From: the human T2T-CHM13v2.0 reference genome, Homo sapiens | Reading direction: 5' to 3' (one strand) | DNA: 64,000 bases | Assembly: GCF_009914755.1 (NCBI RefSeq) | Contig: NC_060941.1 | Shown: positions 1-13,700 of the stretch, one piece after another | Position numbering within the stretch: position 1 is the first letter of the stretch | Layout: each line of letters starts with the position of its first letter | Notes under the pieces: model-generated | Told to the model about the DNA's origin: nothing | Seen by the model: the letters and a program-made list of their open reading frames with translations, nothing else | Databases searched by the model: none | Position numbers and translations under genes: made by a program

Positions 1-134
1 CAGGTACTGAAGGTTTCTGAGCTTGTAGTACCATATCCCCTACAAAGCAGCTAACTCAAATAGTCTTCCTCCTTTACAAAGAGACTATGGTTGGCTGCAT
101 CTCACATGTTATGAATTTGATGCTAATACCAGAT

Positions 135-640
135 CACATTTATTAAGCCATTATTATGTGCCTGATAATACTGTACTAAATGCTTTACTTTCATATGTCA
201 TTTAATAATGCTTATAAAAAATCACTGATGGGGTTATTTTTTTTGAAAATACTTGGAAAATGGTTTAATGATGTTTTACAACAGAAATGAACTGTACAGT
301 TATGGTAAGTTTAATATATATATAAAATTACAGCAGACAAATGCATCTACACAAAATCTACCATTTCATTCTGATTCACTGTCACCTACACAATCTTTCC
401 CAAGCCTACAACCCCTGCAGGCAGCCCTAGGAGGGGGAATCATCTAAAGGGCACATTGAGAGAGACAGCACCGCTCATATTCCTCACAACCTCCTCAGGC
501 CTCAGGAGCTGATGGGGTTATTTTTATCTCCATTTTACAGATTAGAAAACTGAGATCCATAAGAAGTTAACTTACCCAAAGCCAACCAGCTTGTAAGAGG
601 CAGAGTGTGGGTTTAAATGCAGCTCTTAATCATTCTCAAC
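135..640 (-). mobile_element. MIR SINE interrupted by the retrocopy
   Basis: catttattaag...tgtgcc...tgcttta before the insert, and ccattttacagattagaaaactgag...acttacccaaag after it. Confidence 0.8.
242..508 (-). pseudogene. Short processed retrocopy of an unidentified mRNA 3' end
   Basis: Exact 17-bp TSD ctgatggggttattttt (225-241 and 509-525). Minus-strand ATTAAA (264-269) lies 19 nt before a short A-tail. The insert splits a MIR. Confidence 0.75.
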
Positions 641-2379
641 TCAAGCTATATGGCATCTCAGTGGATTTAAACATATTTCTGCATTTTAATAGTTAAATAA
701 AATACTTTTAACATCATTTCTAAATTGTTTCTCCAGTGTTCCCTCTCCTCAAAGATCTCCAATACTATAATTACATTTGTCATCCTTTTATCTTCCTATG
801 AATTATTTTTTAAGATCACCAGATTAATAATAAAATATTTGTAAATTTAAATTTTGTTCAAATTTAATACAATCCCAGTGCACTGCTTTAGTATTAAATC
901 TTGATTTCCATCAATGACATATCTATCCATCTATGTATATAATTATTTTCACATTATTTGGGCTATATTTTAGGAGGATGTTGCTTTAATGAACACAAAC
1001 CATATATTTATCTGACATGAATTTTTGGCCACACACAATAATGTGATATAATTTTAAATAAGTAAAAAATGCTTATATAAGTAAAAGCTTAGAAAGAAAC
1101 AAACCAGAATATTAATAATAGTTGTATTATGGTTATGTGATTATAAGTGATCTGTTTTTTCTCTTTTTTCCCAATTATTTTAAATTGGATTATGTTAGTG
1201 TTAAATTTTTAAAATATAATCATGTGAAAAATGTTCTTTTTAAAAAAAGAGAAGTTATAAAATAATCCAGTGGGAACTAATCAGCAACTAATGAAATAAT
1301 GCCCAAATGCAAAAAGTGATGATGTTCCATGAAGGTTCCATGTACTTAAAGCTACTGGATCTCATTAAATCACTGGGACCTAAAATCAGGCTGGCTGGGG
1401 TGGGTCTACACTCAGCTTCTCTAAGTACAATCAATTTAAGAGAAACAGGAGTAGGGGTTTAGTGGATTAGTCACAGCAGGCCATTAATCTCTGCATTCTC
1501 AGTTGTAATCCAGCCTCTACCAACGAGCTTGGAGGAAAAAAATCCCACAAAAAAACCAAACACTGGGAAAAGCTCTAAAGCAGGCTCCCTAGAGACAGAC
1601 ATACTCAGGTCACAGTTTGCTTGTCTTTACTTAACATCAATACAGTATTTATCATCTGTCCTATTTCTTGTTGGTTTCCCTTTTATGCCTTTTGCTGAAA
1701 TGCTCAGATCAGATATATTTGAAAAGGAACCATACTGCAATCTCAGGAATAGCTCAGCATTTAATTATCATTTAAAGAAATCCTTCTCTCAAGTGAATAT
1801 GAAACAAATCAAAGCTATGTTTTCATGTTGAGAATAGGTTGAAAAAAACATGGGTAAGGTTACCACAAACACAAATTAGTGCTTGGGGAAGCAGGTAAGT
1901 CTGAACAATGAAAAGGGAATAGAGTAGCCAAATTTCAGTAAAAATGAGTGACAGTTTCAAAAATTGCAGGGTAAATAGTGTATCTTTTATCATAAATGGA
2001 TTAGGCCATAATAATACCTCACTTCTTTATTGCTCTGGCAAATGATCTAGAATTTACTAATGTATTAAGTGGGAAAAAATAATAAGCAAATTCCTGAGCC
2101 AGGGTTCTATTTATGCCACTACTGTCAAGGCCGAATATTTATTGGATTATATGAGACCATATGCCTACATTAGAGGTTTTGATAAATTTAAAGTGCAGTT
2201 GTAAACTAAAAATATGGGGCATTAATTTCTTAATTTTTAAAAAATTATTAAAGGAACATATGGGCAAGACCCAGTAAACTGTCTCTGAAGATGATGCTAT
2301 GAAAAGACATGATTATCTCCCTTCTTATTACCTTTAAAATATTCCCCAAACATTCTAGTTTCCCCTAGTGAATCAGATT

Positions 2380-2730
2380 CAACCAACCTTAACTGATTAT
2401 GTGCTATGTGCAGACATTGTGCTGAACACTTTCACATGCATTGGCTCATTTAATCCCCATGTTTTACATGATATTGCCAAATTCCTTCCTAATTTTGCTC
2501 AACGTGTCTTTTATTCTTTTAGCTTCAGCCATATCGAAAGCAAAAGCCACCATTTATCAAGTGCATTCTATATGCCAAACACCAGGCTCCATTTTTTTTA
2601 TTTCAAGCCCGCTTAACTCCAAAAATAGGTGTTATTGCCTCCAATTTACAAATGAGGATACTGACACTTAGTTAGAGATATTAAATAACTTCCTAAAGTC
2701 ACACAATAAGAAACATCAGAGTTGAGGTTA
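2380..2730 (-). mobile_element. MIR fragments
   Basis: tatgtgcagacattgtgctgaacacttt...tcatttaatcc and ccaatttacaaatgaggatactgac core motifs. Confidence 0.6.
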
Positions 2731-3889
2731 AATAGTAAGATAAGGTATAACGTATAATGTTTTCGATGAATGCTCTTCAATACATCTGTAGCAGTCAATG
2801 ACGACCCCTAGACTCTTTCCCAGCGTTGCACTAGAGGGTGACAAGGTAATCATTCCACAAATGTTATTTGGGTTATTTTTCTCATAATGCCTTATCATAT
2901 GATTGCCCATATAGAAAGTCATTTTCCACTTTTTGTTCACTCACAGTCGTGAAAGATCTTCCTATATTTTCATCTTGTTGCCTCAACATTTCAAAAACTG
3001 GGGAAGTTTAGCATGAACAGCAAATTTGGACAACTTTCTGTAAAAGTCTCTTAATATACTAAAGTTCCTAAGTTGGAAAGGGATCTAGAAACTACTTAGT
3101 CCAATATGCTTAAACTGTTTAAAAGGAGAAAACTGGCCCCAGAATAGTAAAATTAATTCCTCCATGCCACAGAAGTAGTAGTGGCAAAACTAACACTAAA
3201 CACAACATGTCCTAACTTCCATCCTAGTAATCTCTTGAGCAAATCACCTAATTCTATCTTCCCTATAATGTATAAAAATGTGCTCCAAGAACAATACTTA
3301 AGAAGGCTTAAAATTCTAGACCTAGAAAAGGTATTTGTTTATCTTAACCACAGTTTCCTGTCTCTGATCTAACTTGTTATGCAAAATAACATCTTGAATC
3401 CCATAGCTATTTAGGTTTGTTTAATAGATTTTGAGGTAAACCATTGCTGAAAGGATGTTTGAAAGATTAGTCACTATTCTACATACTTGCTTACTCTCTC
3501 AAGGAATTCAAGCACATTACTAGAGCCTCATAAACAGGTTATACATTACTTTCAGATATAATACAGTAAAATGGTAAGGAACTTCATACTGTTTGACCCA
3601 ATAATCACAATATTGAGATTATTTTTTAAAAAAATTCGATAAATATCTACTTGGATAAAAACAAATGCCAAAAAATGTCATAAACTAGAAACAACATATA
3701 TGCTTAAAAACAAGGGAAAGTTAAATATAAATAATGCTATTTTACATGAATAAACTACTATGGAAATATAAGAAAAAAATAATGCATATTGAAGTAGCAG
3801 ATACTAGCTAATTGTTCGCAAACCATTTTCCCTTTGCTCCTGGCTACAAGGCTAGCCTACAACTCTCTAACTGCTTTAAAATAAGATGT

Positions 3890-3988
3890 TAACAGGTGCA
3901 ACACACCAACATGGCACATGTATACATATGTAACAAACCTGCATGTTGTGCACATGTACCCTAGAACTTAAAGTATGATAATAAAAAA
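3890..3988 (+). mobile_element. Very short 3' end of a primate L1PA
   Basis: caccaacatggcacatgtatacatatgtaacaaacctgca...ttaaagtat followed by an A-tail. TSD aaaataagatgt (3878-3889 and 3989-4000). Confidence 0.9.
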
Positions 3989-4004
3989 AAAATAAGATGT
4001 GGCT

Positions 4005-4135
4005 GGCTGGGCACTTTGGTTCACGCCTGTAATCCCACCACTTTGGGAGGCCAAGGCAGGAGGATCACTTGAGGTTGGGAGTTTTAGACCAGCCTGACCA
4101 ATGTGGTGAAACACCATGGTAAAAAAATAAAAATA
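4005..4135 (+). mobile_element. Alu left monomer (FLAM-like)
   Basis: ggctgggc...tgtaatccca...gaccagcctg...A-rich end, with no right arm of its own. TSD aaaataagatgtggc (3989-4003 and 4440-4454). Confidence 0.8.
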
Positions 4136-4424
4136 GGCCGGGCGCGGTGGCTCACGCCTGTAATCCCAGCACTTTGGGAGGCCGAGGCGGGCGGATCATG
4201 AGGTCAGGAGATAGAGACCATCCTGGCTAACACAGTGAAACCCCGCCTCTACTAAAAATACAAAAAATCAGCCGGCCGTGGTGGCGGGCGCCTGTAGTCC
4301 CAGCTACTCGGGAGGCTGAGGCAGGAGAATGGCGTGAACCCAGGAGGCGGAGCTTGCAGTGAGCCGAGATCCCACCGACAGAGCGAGACTCCGTCTCAAA
4401 ATAAATAAATAAATAAATAAATAT
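4136..4424 (+). mobile_element. AluY with a ~19-nt deletion in the right arm and a (TAAA)n tail
   Basis: CpG-rich with AluY diagnostics (accatcctggctaacac, gagaatggcgtgaacc, gcggagcttgcag). 15-bp TSD aaaaaaataaaaata (4121-4135 and 4425-4439). Confidence 0.93.
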
Positions 4425-7400
4425 AAAAAAATAAAAATAAAAATAAGATGTGGCAATGTGACTGACCAGAAAGGATGCCCACAGCTTTTCTTCTTGGCCC
4501 ACAAAAACCCCTCCCATGGTCTTCCTCTACACTTTTTTTCCCCATCTGGTGATGTTGATGCCCAGGAAAACTTTGGAAACCATAGGAGGTAGCACAGCCC
4601 CCATCAACCTTGTGACTCCCAAGTCACCACTAAATACAGAATTTTTTTTCTTTTATCTCTTTCCTCTCACCAAGCACCTACATGCCCACACACATACATT
4701 GACATCTATTGGACAATTAATGCAAAGAAGTAAGCCTCCATTGTGTTATGTCACTGAGATTGTGGGGTGTATGTGTCAGGGTCCAGGATATGCTGAACTG
4801 ACACAACTAGGAAGCAACATGGAGAAATATTTAAGATATAAAGTTTCTTTTTACAGTACAAATTGGAAAAGTTACAGTTTCAAAATTTAGTAAACAAAAA
4901 TTTGGTCTATGGGGAATAATTTTTTTCCTAATTTTTTTCATAATATTTTATCATATTTGGCATAAAATACACTCTGATTCCAGGCTTCACTCATGTCTGT
5001 GACACTAAAACACTTTGCATATACAGTCCCTGTCTTGCAAGGAGCACTGATCAAGAAAGAACATCTGAGTTGGATACGTAATTGGCCTAAACAACCAAGG
5101 CATAAACACAACTCTCATTCATGAAGTTGTTCAACTTGTCTTTGGATGTGGCACATTATATGCCTTTACCTGGCTTAGTCAAGCTCTAATTTAAGCAGTT
5201 CTAAAAGCAGATTTAAAAAAAAAAAAAAAGCCTGCACTAACTTATACACTTAAAATTGCACGTGGCTCTCATTCAACCAATAAAACTCAGTGCTAAAACA
5301 AACTAAAAGGCCACAAGGAACTTCACCACAGTAGAAAAACAGGAATGAAACTTGTTACAGAAATAAAACATAATGACTTCACTACTTTATATTCCACTCT
5401 ACAGGGGTTTGAGTCACTGTAACTTAAGAGCCAGTATCATTATGGTGCATTACAAGACTTAGACATCAAGTGACATATTTCTATCACACCCAGGTCATAC
5501 AATAGAAACTTGATACTCACCGATGTCTCACTTTAAAATCCCCAAACATCCACTGAGAAATTAACAATAGGGCCCCTTTTTTTTCTATAACCCCTTTTTA
5601 TTTTTTTCTGTAATTAAGATTACAAGCAAACAACAACAAATTATCCAATTGACCATCTCCTCACAGTTGTAAAGATTAACCAGGTGATTACAGGGTGAAT
5701 TCACAGCCAAGGACAGCAAATCCACTCTGTTCTTTCAATTCCTAGGCTGCCAGCTCTTCTCTGGTAAGAACTAGTCAGCTACACCACAATTCTGTTACAA
5801 AAGGCCAGAGGGGAAGTAATGTTTTCTGACACAAGACTGAAAACACCATAGAGACCACAGTAATTTCCTGTATTGCTCTGCATCAAGACTAAAAAGTGGG
5901 GTAGGCTATTCTCCCTAAAGCACTCTAGTTCAACACACTAACAAGGGAACAGTGAGCTTTCTAAAGTGTTGTTTTCTCCCAAGTAGGAACTTGGTAAGAA
6001 ATAGCGTACATGTTCCAAACAATCTCCTCAAGTAGGAACAGAGATGACATGGAGAAAAGAATGACAATGTATCCACTGATCTTTAATTGTCCTAGTTCAA
6101 GCCTTTGGTATGGTGTCATAAATACAAAAGGGCCGAAATACATTTTAAACAACTATAAGTGCCCCAAATAAGGATGATTTGTCAAATGGAAATATGAGTC
6201 AGAGCAGGACTAGAAAACTATCAAACATATTGCTCATTAGGAAGGTTCCCATTCTCTGTGACTCTGCACACTCAAAAACCTACATGCAGTAGAAGCAAGA
6301 CAACAGCTGGTAGAGGTGTCTTCTTCATCTCCCCTCCCTCATGGCCTCAGATCTTGTCCCTCAGTCTGCCCTGAATGCAGAAAAGCCACTCTCCATCGCT
6401 CCTTATTATTCATTTATGTATTAATTCAGTCATTCATTATTGAGCATTTTCTAAATGCCAGGCACTGGGTTGGGTAATGGGAAAAAAAACACTCACACAT
6501 TTGTGTGTCACTACACACATTTTATAGGGCAAAGACCATTGCTGTTTTTTTTACTACATTTTATCTTATGCCTGGCCCAGTGCCCACATCATAGGAGGCA
6601 TTTGTTAGCATTTGTGCAATAAATTAACAAATACATTTAACACTGGGAAAAAAATCTTCCATATATATTACTTTATTGTTTATTTCAAGAATCCTCTGAG
6701 GTATTTATTATTATTCTAACCTTGTGTTGGAGGACAGGCCTATGCTCCCTCAATAATTGCAGCTATCAGAATTGTTTTCCTTGAGGCTAAAAGGTAGCTG
6801 TGTGTGTAGTGAGAGAGAGGGGAGCGGAAAGAGAATATGTTGACTCACATCCTTCAGTAAATCTGTTTATTCCAACTCTGGCATTGCTGCCAAATGTGTT
6901 GCAAAGCCAGCAAGACTTGGCTCTGGAAAACTCACCTGAAAGTCACAGGCCTCATTTCCTACTGCCAGCCCCTTCAGCCACCAGGCATGAAGTATTGGAC
7001 AAAGTTAAAGATTAATTCTTCATTTACTGTGACAAAATTACCACTTCTCCCAGATCAGTAGGCAAAGGCATTTGTATGCTGTGTCCTTCATAACCTTTGA
7101 TAATCTCTCCACTGCCATCCTGATGGCCCAGTAATGCAAATGTAATCAAACCCCACACTGGCTATCCCGTTACCAGCCCAATCTTGCTAATAAACAGCAA
7201 TTGTGGCTTTGTTATAAAAGTGATCCTAGATCATTTGTCACCACCCAAACCTTCCCACCCCAACCCCTGACTGCTGGAAATCCTTTAAAGGTCTGTTTAA
7301 GGTTACATGAAATAAAAACTGCAAAAAAGTTACAGAAAACCTTCACTAATCAATGAGTAAGATGATAATAGATATACCGTAAAATCCATGGTCAACAGGG

Positions 7401-7799
7401 TCCTGGCTTTTTTTTCCTAGGGTGTAAATATGTGACAATAAACTAAGTAACAAGATGATATAAACTCTGTAATCTATATCTGGGTTATTCCAAAGCTTCT
7501 GGGAAGCCATCTGGAACCAGGGACAACAGTGGAAAATGATCAGTGGTCTGGGCCAAGTAGAGCATAGCTGAACAAGAGCCAAAGCTTTAATACTGACTGG
7601 TCTCTTCCTAATGAAGGATGCAAACTGCATACTTCCTTGGGCCTTTAAAAGATGCCTTTCATGCACAGAGGGAAAATGGGTGATTTTTACTGACATTATT
7701 ATATGCAAGGGATTACTGTTATTGAAATTATATACCTTAAATACTCTTCCATCTCAACCTCATCCATCACACTACACTCTTTAGTTGTGACTATGTTCA

Positions 7800-8230
7800 C
7801 TTTTTGACCGTCTCCTGAATTAATCATGTCCTATGTCTCATCTAATCTCCCTTCCTTTGCAAATGCTGTTTCATATGATCATCCATCTCTCATCACAACC
7901 CTCTTGGTTAAGTAGCCAAAATCTTCCACGACAACTCTTTAACATCCTTGGAGACTCACCCTAAGCATCCTCTATTAACGCTACTTACTCTCCTTCTCTA
8001 CCCCTCCTACTTTCAGGATGAGTCAGATGTCCCTTCTCTCTTCTCCTCAAACACTTTCTATACCTTTTTATTACAATGCCTATCACATTCTGCTGTGACT
8101 ACCAATATTTTAAAAATCAGTCTTTTACTAGATGAAGAATTTTTGGAGGAAAAGGTCACTGTCTTACTTATTCTGGTTGGATTCTGAGTACCTGATGTAT
8201 AATGTATCCTCAATAAATGTTGAATGATTA
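7800..8230 (+). mobile_element. L2 3' fragment
   Basis: Pyrimidine-rich L2 3' region ending ctcaataaatgttgaatga. Confidence 0.6.
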
Positions 8231-8839
8231 AGTGGACAATGAAAACCATTTCATTTAGGTCTCTACACTCATTTTATAGTAACTGAACCATAGAGTGGGT
8301 AAAATGGATATATCATTTAGTTAACCATGGGTATATTCTGTTAAGTGAATGTGTACTCTATTGGAAATAAGAGTTGAACAGAATGTAGTAAGATAAAACT
8401 GCTACACAATGCTTTGTAGTACTTTGAGCATCTGTTTTATGTCAAATAGTGTATCTATTGCTTAACCCATAATTAATCTTCATGACACCAATGCATGTAC
8501 AGATGATTCATTTCTCTTAGCCTTCATCTAATGCTAAAGACATTGTTATTATTATTCAAGTACAAAATTGAAGATATTTGTATTTGCTTAACCTGAAAAT
8601 ACCAAATCTCAAAGATCAGGATAAATGAGGGTCACGAGAGATTTATAAAAAATGAATTTTTAAAAAAGTGTATCACTTAGAATGTCCCATAATGGGCAAA
8701 TTGATCTATTAGGTCAGGATTTTTTTTAATGTGTTTTGTGATCAAGAATAAATGTTGACAGAAAAAGAAGACAAGGAGTTGGGTTTCTAAGTAATTTCTT
8801 ATTACAATCAAAGTAAAAATATTAAGTTGCACACAAACC

Positions 8840-9360
8840 TGATTACGTCATTTTCCTTAGCTCCCCATTAGCTAGCTCCTCATAAATAAAAGGTAAGGTC
8901 TAATCTTATTGTGGTTTACAATCCCCTTCACACTGGCCTAAGGTTATTTTTGTAACCCCTATATCCAGTCGTTTAGTCTAACCTATCCACTCCATATGCC
9001 CAATCCACCATACTTTGATATTTTGTTTTTTAAATATCTTCTTGTCTATGAACATACTATTCTTGCCACATGATATGTCTTCTTTCTCCCTGTTCTTTTG
9101 AAATCTCATGTGTTCTTCTAGGTCTAGGTCAAATGTTTTCTATAAACCTTTTCCCTTCTCCACTTGTATCTACAAACGACAGAGTTAATTGCTCTTCCTT
9201 TATACTTCCAGTATACTTTATACACATTTCTATTTTACAACATGTACTCTCTTGTTAAATACTAAGGACCAAATATTGTTCATTTCTGTGATTCCAGTGC
9301 CTGGCATAGAGTTTGCTGTCGATACGTCTTTGTTGAACATAGAATAAATGATTAAATAAT
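8840..9360 (+). mobile_element. L2 3' fragment
   Basis: Ends ccagtgcctggcatagagt...ttgttgaa. Confidence 0.6.
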
Positions 9361-9419
9361 TAATTGGCATTTACAAAAACTGATCCAAAGTGTCAACAAG
9401 TATTGTTATTGATGTCAGT

Positions 9420-9810
9420 GATGATGATGATGATAATTTTATGGGAGCAACTTCAATTTACTGAATGATTAATACATGTCAGGCAGTATGGCAGATTCTT
9501 ATGTACATTTTCTATACCTCACATTTTACAGATGAGGAGTTAAGGCACACAGAACTTAAATTACTTATCCAAGACCAAACAGAGAGTGAATCCCAAAGTT
9601 AGAATTCACACGTCTGCCTATCTGGGCTCCAAAACCCAGGCTTACTCTCATATGATGTGTATGCATTGGCCAATGGCTACTGTATTCCAGATACCACATT
9701 AGCCATTTTACAAATGGTGTTTTTTTATCCTTATAATTACCTTGTAGAAACAACAGCCTTGAGAGGTAATTATCATCTCTGTTTTACAGATGAGCAAGCT
9801 GAGACCCTAC
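9420..9810. mobile_element. Cluster of MIR fragments
   Basis: Two cattttacagatgagga-type MIR cores (~9520 and ~9782). Confidence 0.65.
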
Positions 9811-10519
9811 CTCCAGCCCCCTCCAGTTCACCCCCTACGAAAAAATTCCAACTCAACTGTCTACAATCTCAAACAGGCTACAAACTATATAAAGTACAGT
9901 GCTAGTTGTAGACATGCAACAGAAATTTAAAATCCAAAGAAATGTTAGAATTTCAAACAAATTTTAACAAAGAATCCATTGAACCGTTGCAAAGATCCTT
10001 AATACAAAAACGAAAGTCACAAAGTGAATAACCATATTAGGACACTTCATATTCTCTCAATTCAATAGCTCCCTAAGTGGGCTCATCCCAACTTTCCAGT
10101 ATCTCCCAAAGTGAATTTTTTGTTTCAGTTGGGACATTCTTTAGCGTACATCCTCTTGTTTCTATTCCTCCTTTTTGATGATGAGGTCCCCTCTGTCTCT
10201 TTCATCCAAACCTCCAAAATCAATCTAATATACTCCTTTTCTTTCATGTCTAAACTTCTCCCTTCTATACAATTTATGCCAATTATTAAACAATTAGACA
10301 TTATTCCTATTCCTTTATATCACAATGCATTTTAGCATTACAACTTTGCATTTATAATAATATCTTAACAAATAAACATTACTCATATTACTTTATATCA
10401 TTCTAAACTATGTGTATGTATCTCAACTTTGCTTCTATAACTATATCTTAAGTATGGATCATATATAGTAATGACACAGATGCTTTACACTTGCATAATG
10501 CAAAAAATATTTATTCAAG

Positions 10520-10710
10520 AATCACTCTCTGAAGTTTCCCTCAGCAATGCTTTGAAATAGGCAAAGCAAATATAATTTTTATTTTACAGATGAGGATTGA
10601 GATTCTGAGAGGTAAAGAAAACTGCCCAAATTTATAAAGGTAATGAAGGTAGAGTCACGTTGAAGGATAGGTCTTCTGATTTCCATACTCTTTCTATAAT
10701 GGCTTGCTAT
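10520..10710 (-). mobile_element. MIR fragment
   Basis: attttacagatgaggattgagattctgagaggtaaagaaaactgcccaa. Confidence 0.65.
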
Positions 10711-13700
10711 CATACACATTTATGATACCTAGATCTCTTTTTGACCTTAGTCCCAAGTATGTAATGCTTAATTAAGGTGATAAACTGAGACATTAGTTAC
10801 TGACTTAGGCTAGTAATCAAACCCCTCTCCCCAGCCAAGGGACTGGGTATTCACATCAACATTTATTTTTTCCCTTGGGATTTCATACAACTCCAAAAGA
10901 CTTTCTTGACTCACTATCTGGAGAGTTTTATCTATGATGATGGTTATCTGTCAGTAACTGGGCTATATGACATCACATGGGAAACTGGATTTAAAGAAAC
11001 CACATTGCTAATGAGATCATCAGATAAATAGTCATTGTAAGGGTGGGGCTTTTTATTTGATGGGACATTCTATTTCAAGCCATATTGAAAGCATATGTCG
11101 TTTGCCAGTGTTGAGGCACTTTAAAGTTGGGTCTATACTGCATTGTAATATACAACTGAAAGAAAAATTCGCTGATCCCCTGGGTAATAAGTACTACATG
11201 GTTTCCAGGTAGTTTAGTAAACTTTCCAAGCCTCAACTCCATATTGGACTCATAGGGATAAAGTGGGTTACAGTTATGACTATGCACCAAAGCTTAATGC
11301 TACCAGTCTCATTTGTATGAGAAGGAAAATTAAGAGACTTTTCAAAATTATTTAGCCAAGGCTTCCTGGAAAATAGGGTTTGTGCTCAATGTTATAGATG
11401 TGCTTGCTGATGATGGTTTTCTTTTTGCTTTTAAACAAGTTGATATGGAAAAAGGTAAAAGCTCTACTCCACCATGAACCAAGCCTATACAATGTCAGAT
11501 TTGTAGGAAATAATGACATTATTGCATGCTTACTATGTGGTAGAAACTGTGCTGTGTGAAAATCATTGGACATAATATCTCATTTAGTTGATAGAACAAA
11601 CATGTGACACGTGTACTGTTATCTCTTTTCTACACATAAGGAAACTGAAGTTATGCCATTTTAATGTTAAGATTAGGAAAACAGTGTAGGAAATATTCCT
11701 TGCTTGTAGAGATTGCTGATCCTAAGATGCTAGAGGCATTTGGGTAATAGCCTCATCTGTTTGATTGACAGGGTAATGTACAACTCAAATGCTACCTTAA
11801 TTCTAGCTCTAAATTGTAATCATCTAAAACTTTTACTTCCAAATTCTCTAAGACTTCAATTCATTTAACCTAATTTATTCTTTCAGAGACATCAAAATAA
11901 AAAATATTAAATAAAAATATTTGAAAGGAATCTTGAACCAAAACATAAATGATATACTGAATTTTGACTCAGGTAGACCTGGATGTGAAACCTCTAGTCT
12001 GAAGCTCTGTGGGCTTTGGTTGCTATATCTATAAGATTATCCCACAAATTCTAAGAATAGATGAATTAAATATGTGCAATATATGTACAATGTGTGAAAA
12101 TGCCACATAATTCAAATGGTTATTGATGTTATTATTATGAATAAACTGACAAAGAAGTAAAGTTACATAAGGAGGAAGTAGGATGCATTGTAAAAATTAA
12201 ATCAGGCAGCTCTCGTTTGACCAAGAAATTTCTCTCCTCGTGCTGCTAAGCATACATTCTTGCTGATCTGAGCTGCTTTGGTAGGAAGGGAATGGTGCTC
12301 TTGCAGTACACGGAAAAATCATTCTGGTTCTCTCTCTCTCCCTCTCTCTTTCTGTCTCTGATCTCTTCACAGACCCTGGATGCCTTACATTTTCAGAAAA
12401 GTGAGATCTGAGTTTAACGGAAAGCCAGAGGAACTCCCAAATCATGCCCTTTAGCCTAGCTATGTTGCATTAAGTAGCCAAAGCTGATGTGATCTCACAA
12501 ATAAAAGACATACATGCTACTGACCCAGCATCTAGCTAAGCCTGGCCAAACAGTCTCATTTTCCAACAGTTTCATCAAAACCAAATTATTAGTGCAGAAC
12601 CACCAAATATGCCAAGCCCAGGTGTCTGTACTTTAAGCAATATATCCAAATAGGCCCAAGGAGAAATTTGGGGGTGGGTTAGAGGAAGTGTTGGAACCTT
12701 TGGTTAACAAAACACTAAGCTCCAAAGCGCCAATGTTTTCCTGAAAGCAAATGCCACCAAATGAAATTCAGTCAATATATCTTCCACATGACAAAGCTAC
12801 TACCAACATTTTCCTTCTGTAAAGTGTTTAGACTACAGACTTTTACTAGCCTTTTCCAGCCTGGTGTTTCTCAATAATGAAGCCAACTCTATCAATGCTT
12901 CAAGTATCAATGTCTGGTAACTCTGTAAGGATTAGCACCCACTTAGTGGTCAGGAAAATTCATTCCAAGATGCTAAAGAGGTGCTTTGTTTTTAATTTTT
13001 TTAATTTAAGATTTAGTAGATTCTATGATCACAGGGTTATGTTCCTTTCAATAGAGCTCAGTCATGAGTAAATTAAAACTGCAAATCATGGAGACAGAAA
13101 TGAAAGATCCACTAAACTCTCTCAAAGCCACAAATATTCAACCTTAGTGCATTGCATTTCCTATACATCCTAAGGCTGCCAGATGGAAAAAGAATGGAGT
13201 CTGAGTCTCCCAAACTGTAGCAATTGTGAGTCATAATCATATTACTAATAATAATTCTCACATACATGGGCATTACTGAATGAGTGGCTCTGCTTACAGG
13301 AGGATGAGGCCACCCTGACCATGGAGAAGAAATGGCCTTTTAAAGTTTATGGATGTGTAAAATAAAGAGTATATGATGTTGCATCCCTGCCTAAATGTCT
13401 TCATAAAGTGCAAATTAATGCAGATCCTAACTAGGCATTTGGAACGCTAACCTAGTTTTCTGTGTTTAGCTAATAGCTAGCAATTTTGCTTACACTTTTA
13501 TCCTCTCATTACATAGCAATAATGATTATTTAGTAAATACATATGAAAGGCCATGTACTCCATAGCACTCCTCCTGAGTTGGAAATCCCCCTCCTAATGC
13601 TTCCATTTGAATAATTTAGTTGCTGATACACCAAATCAAATATAGCTGTGACAGGTATCCCACTAATGCTTTTTTTGGAGGCTAAGATCAGACCCTTTCT

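Larger units (their letters stand above)
3790..4805 (+). mobile_element. MLT1-type (MaLR) LTR, split by nested L1/Alu insertions
   Basis: agatgtggcaatgtgactga motif and terminal aagtaagcctccattgtgtta...ctgacaca. Confidence 0.6.
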
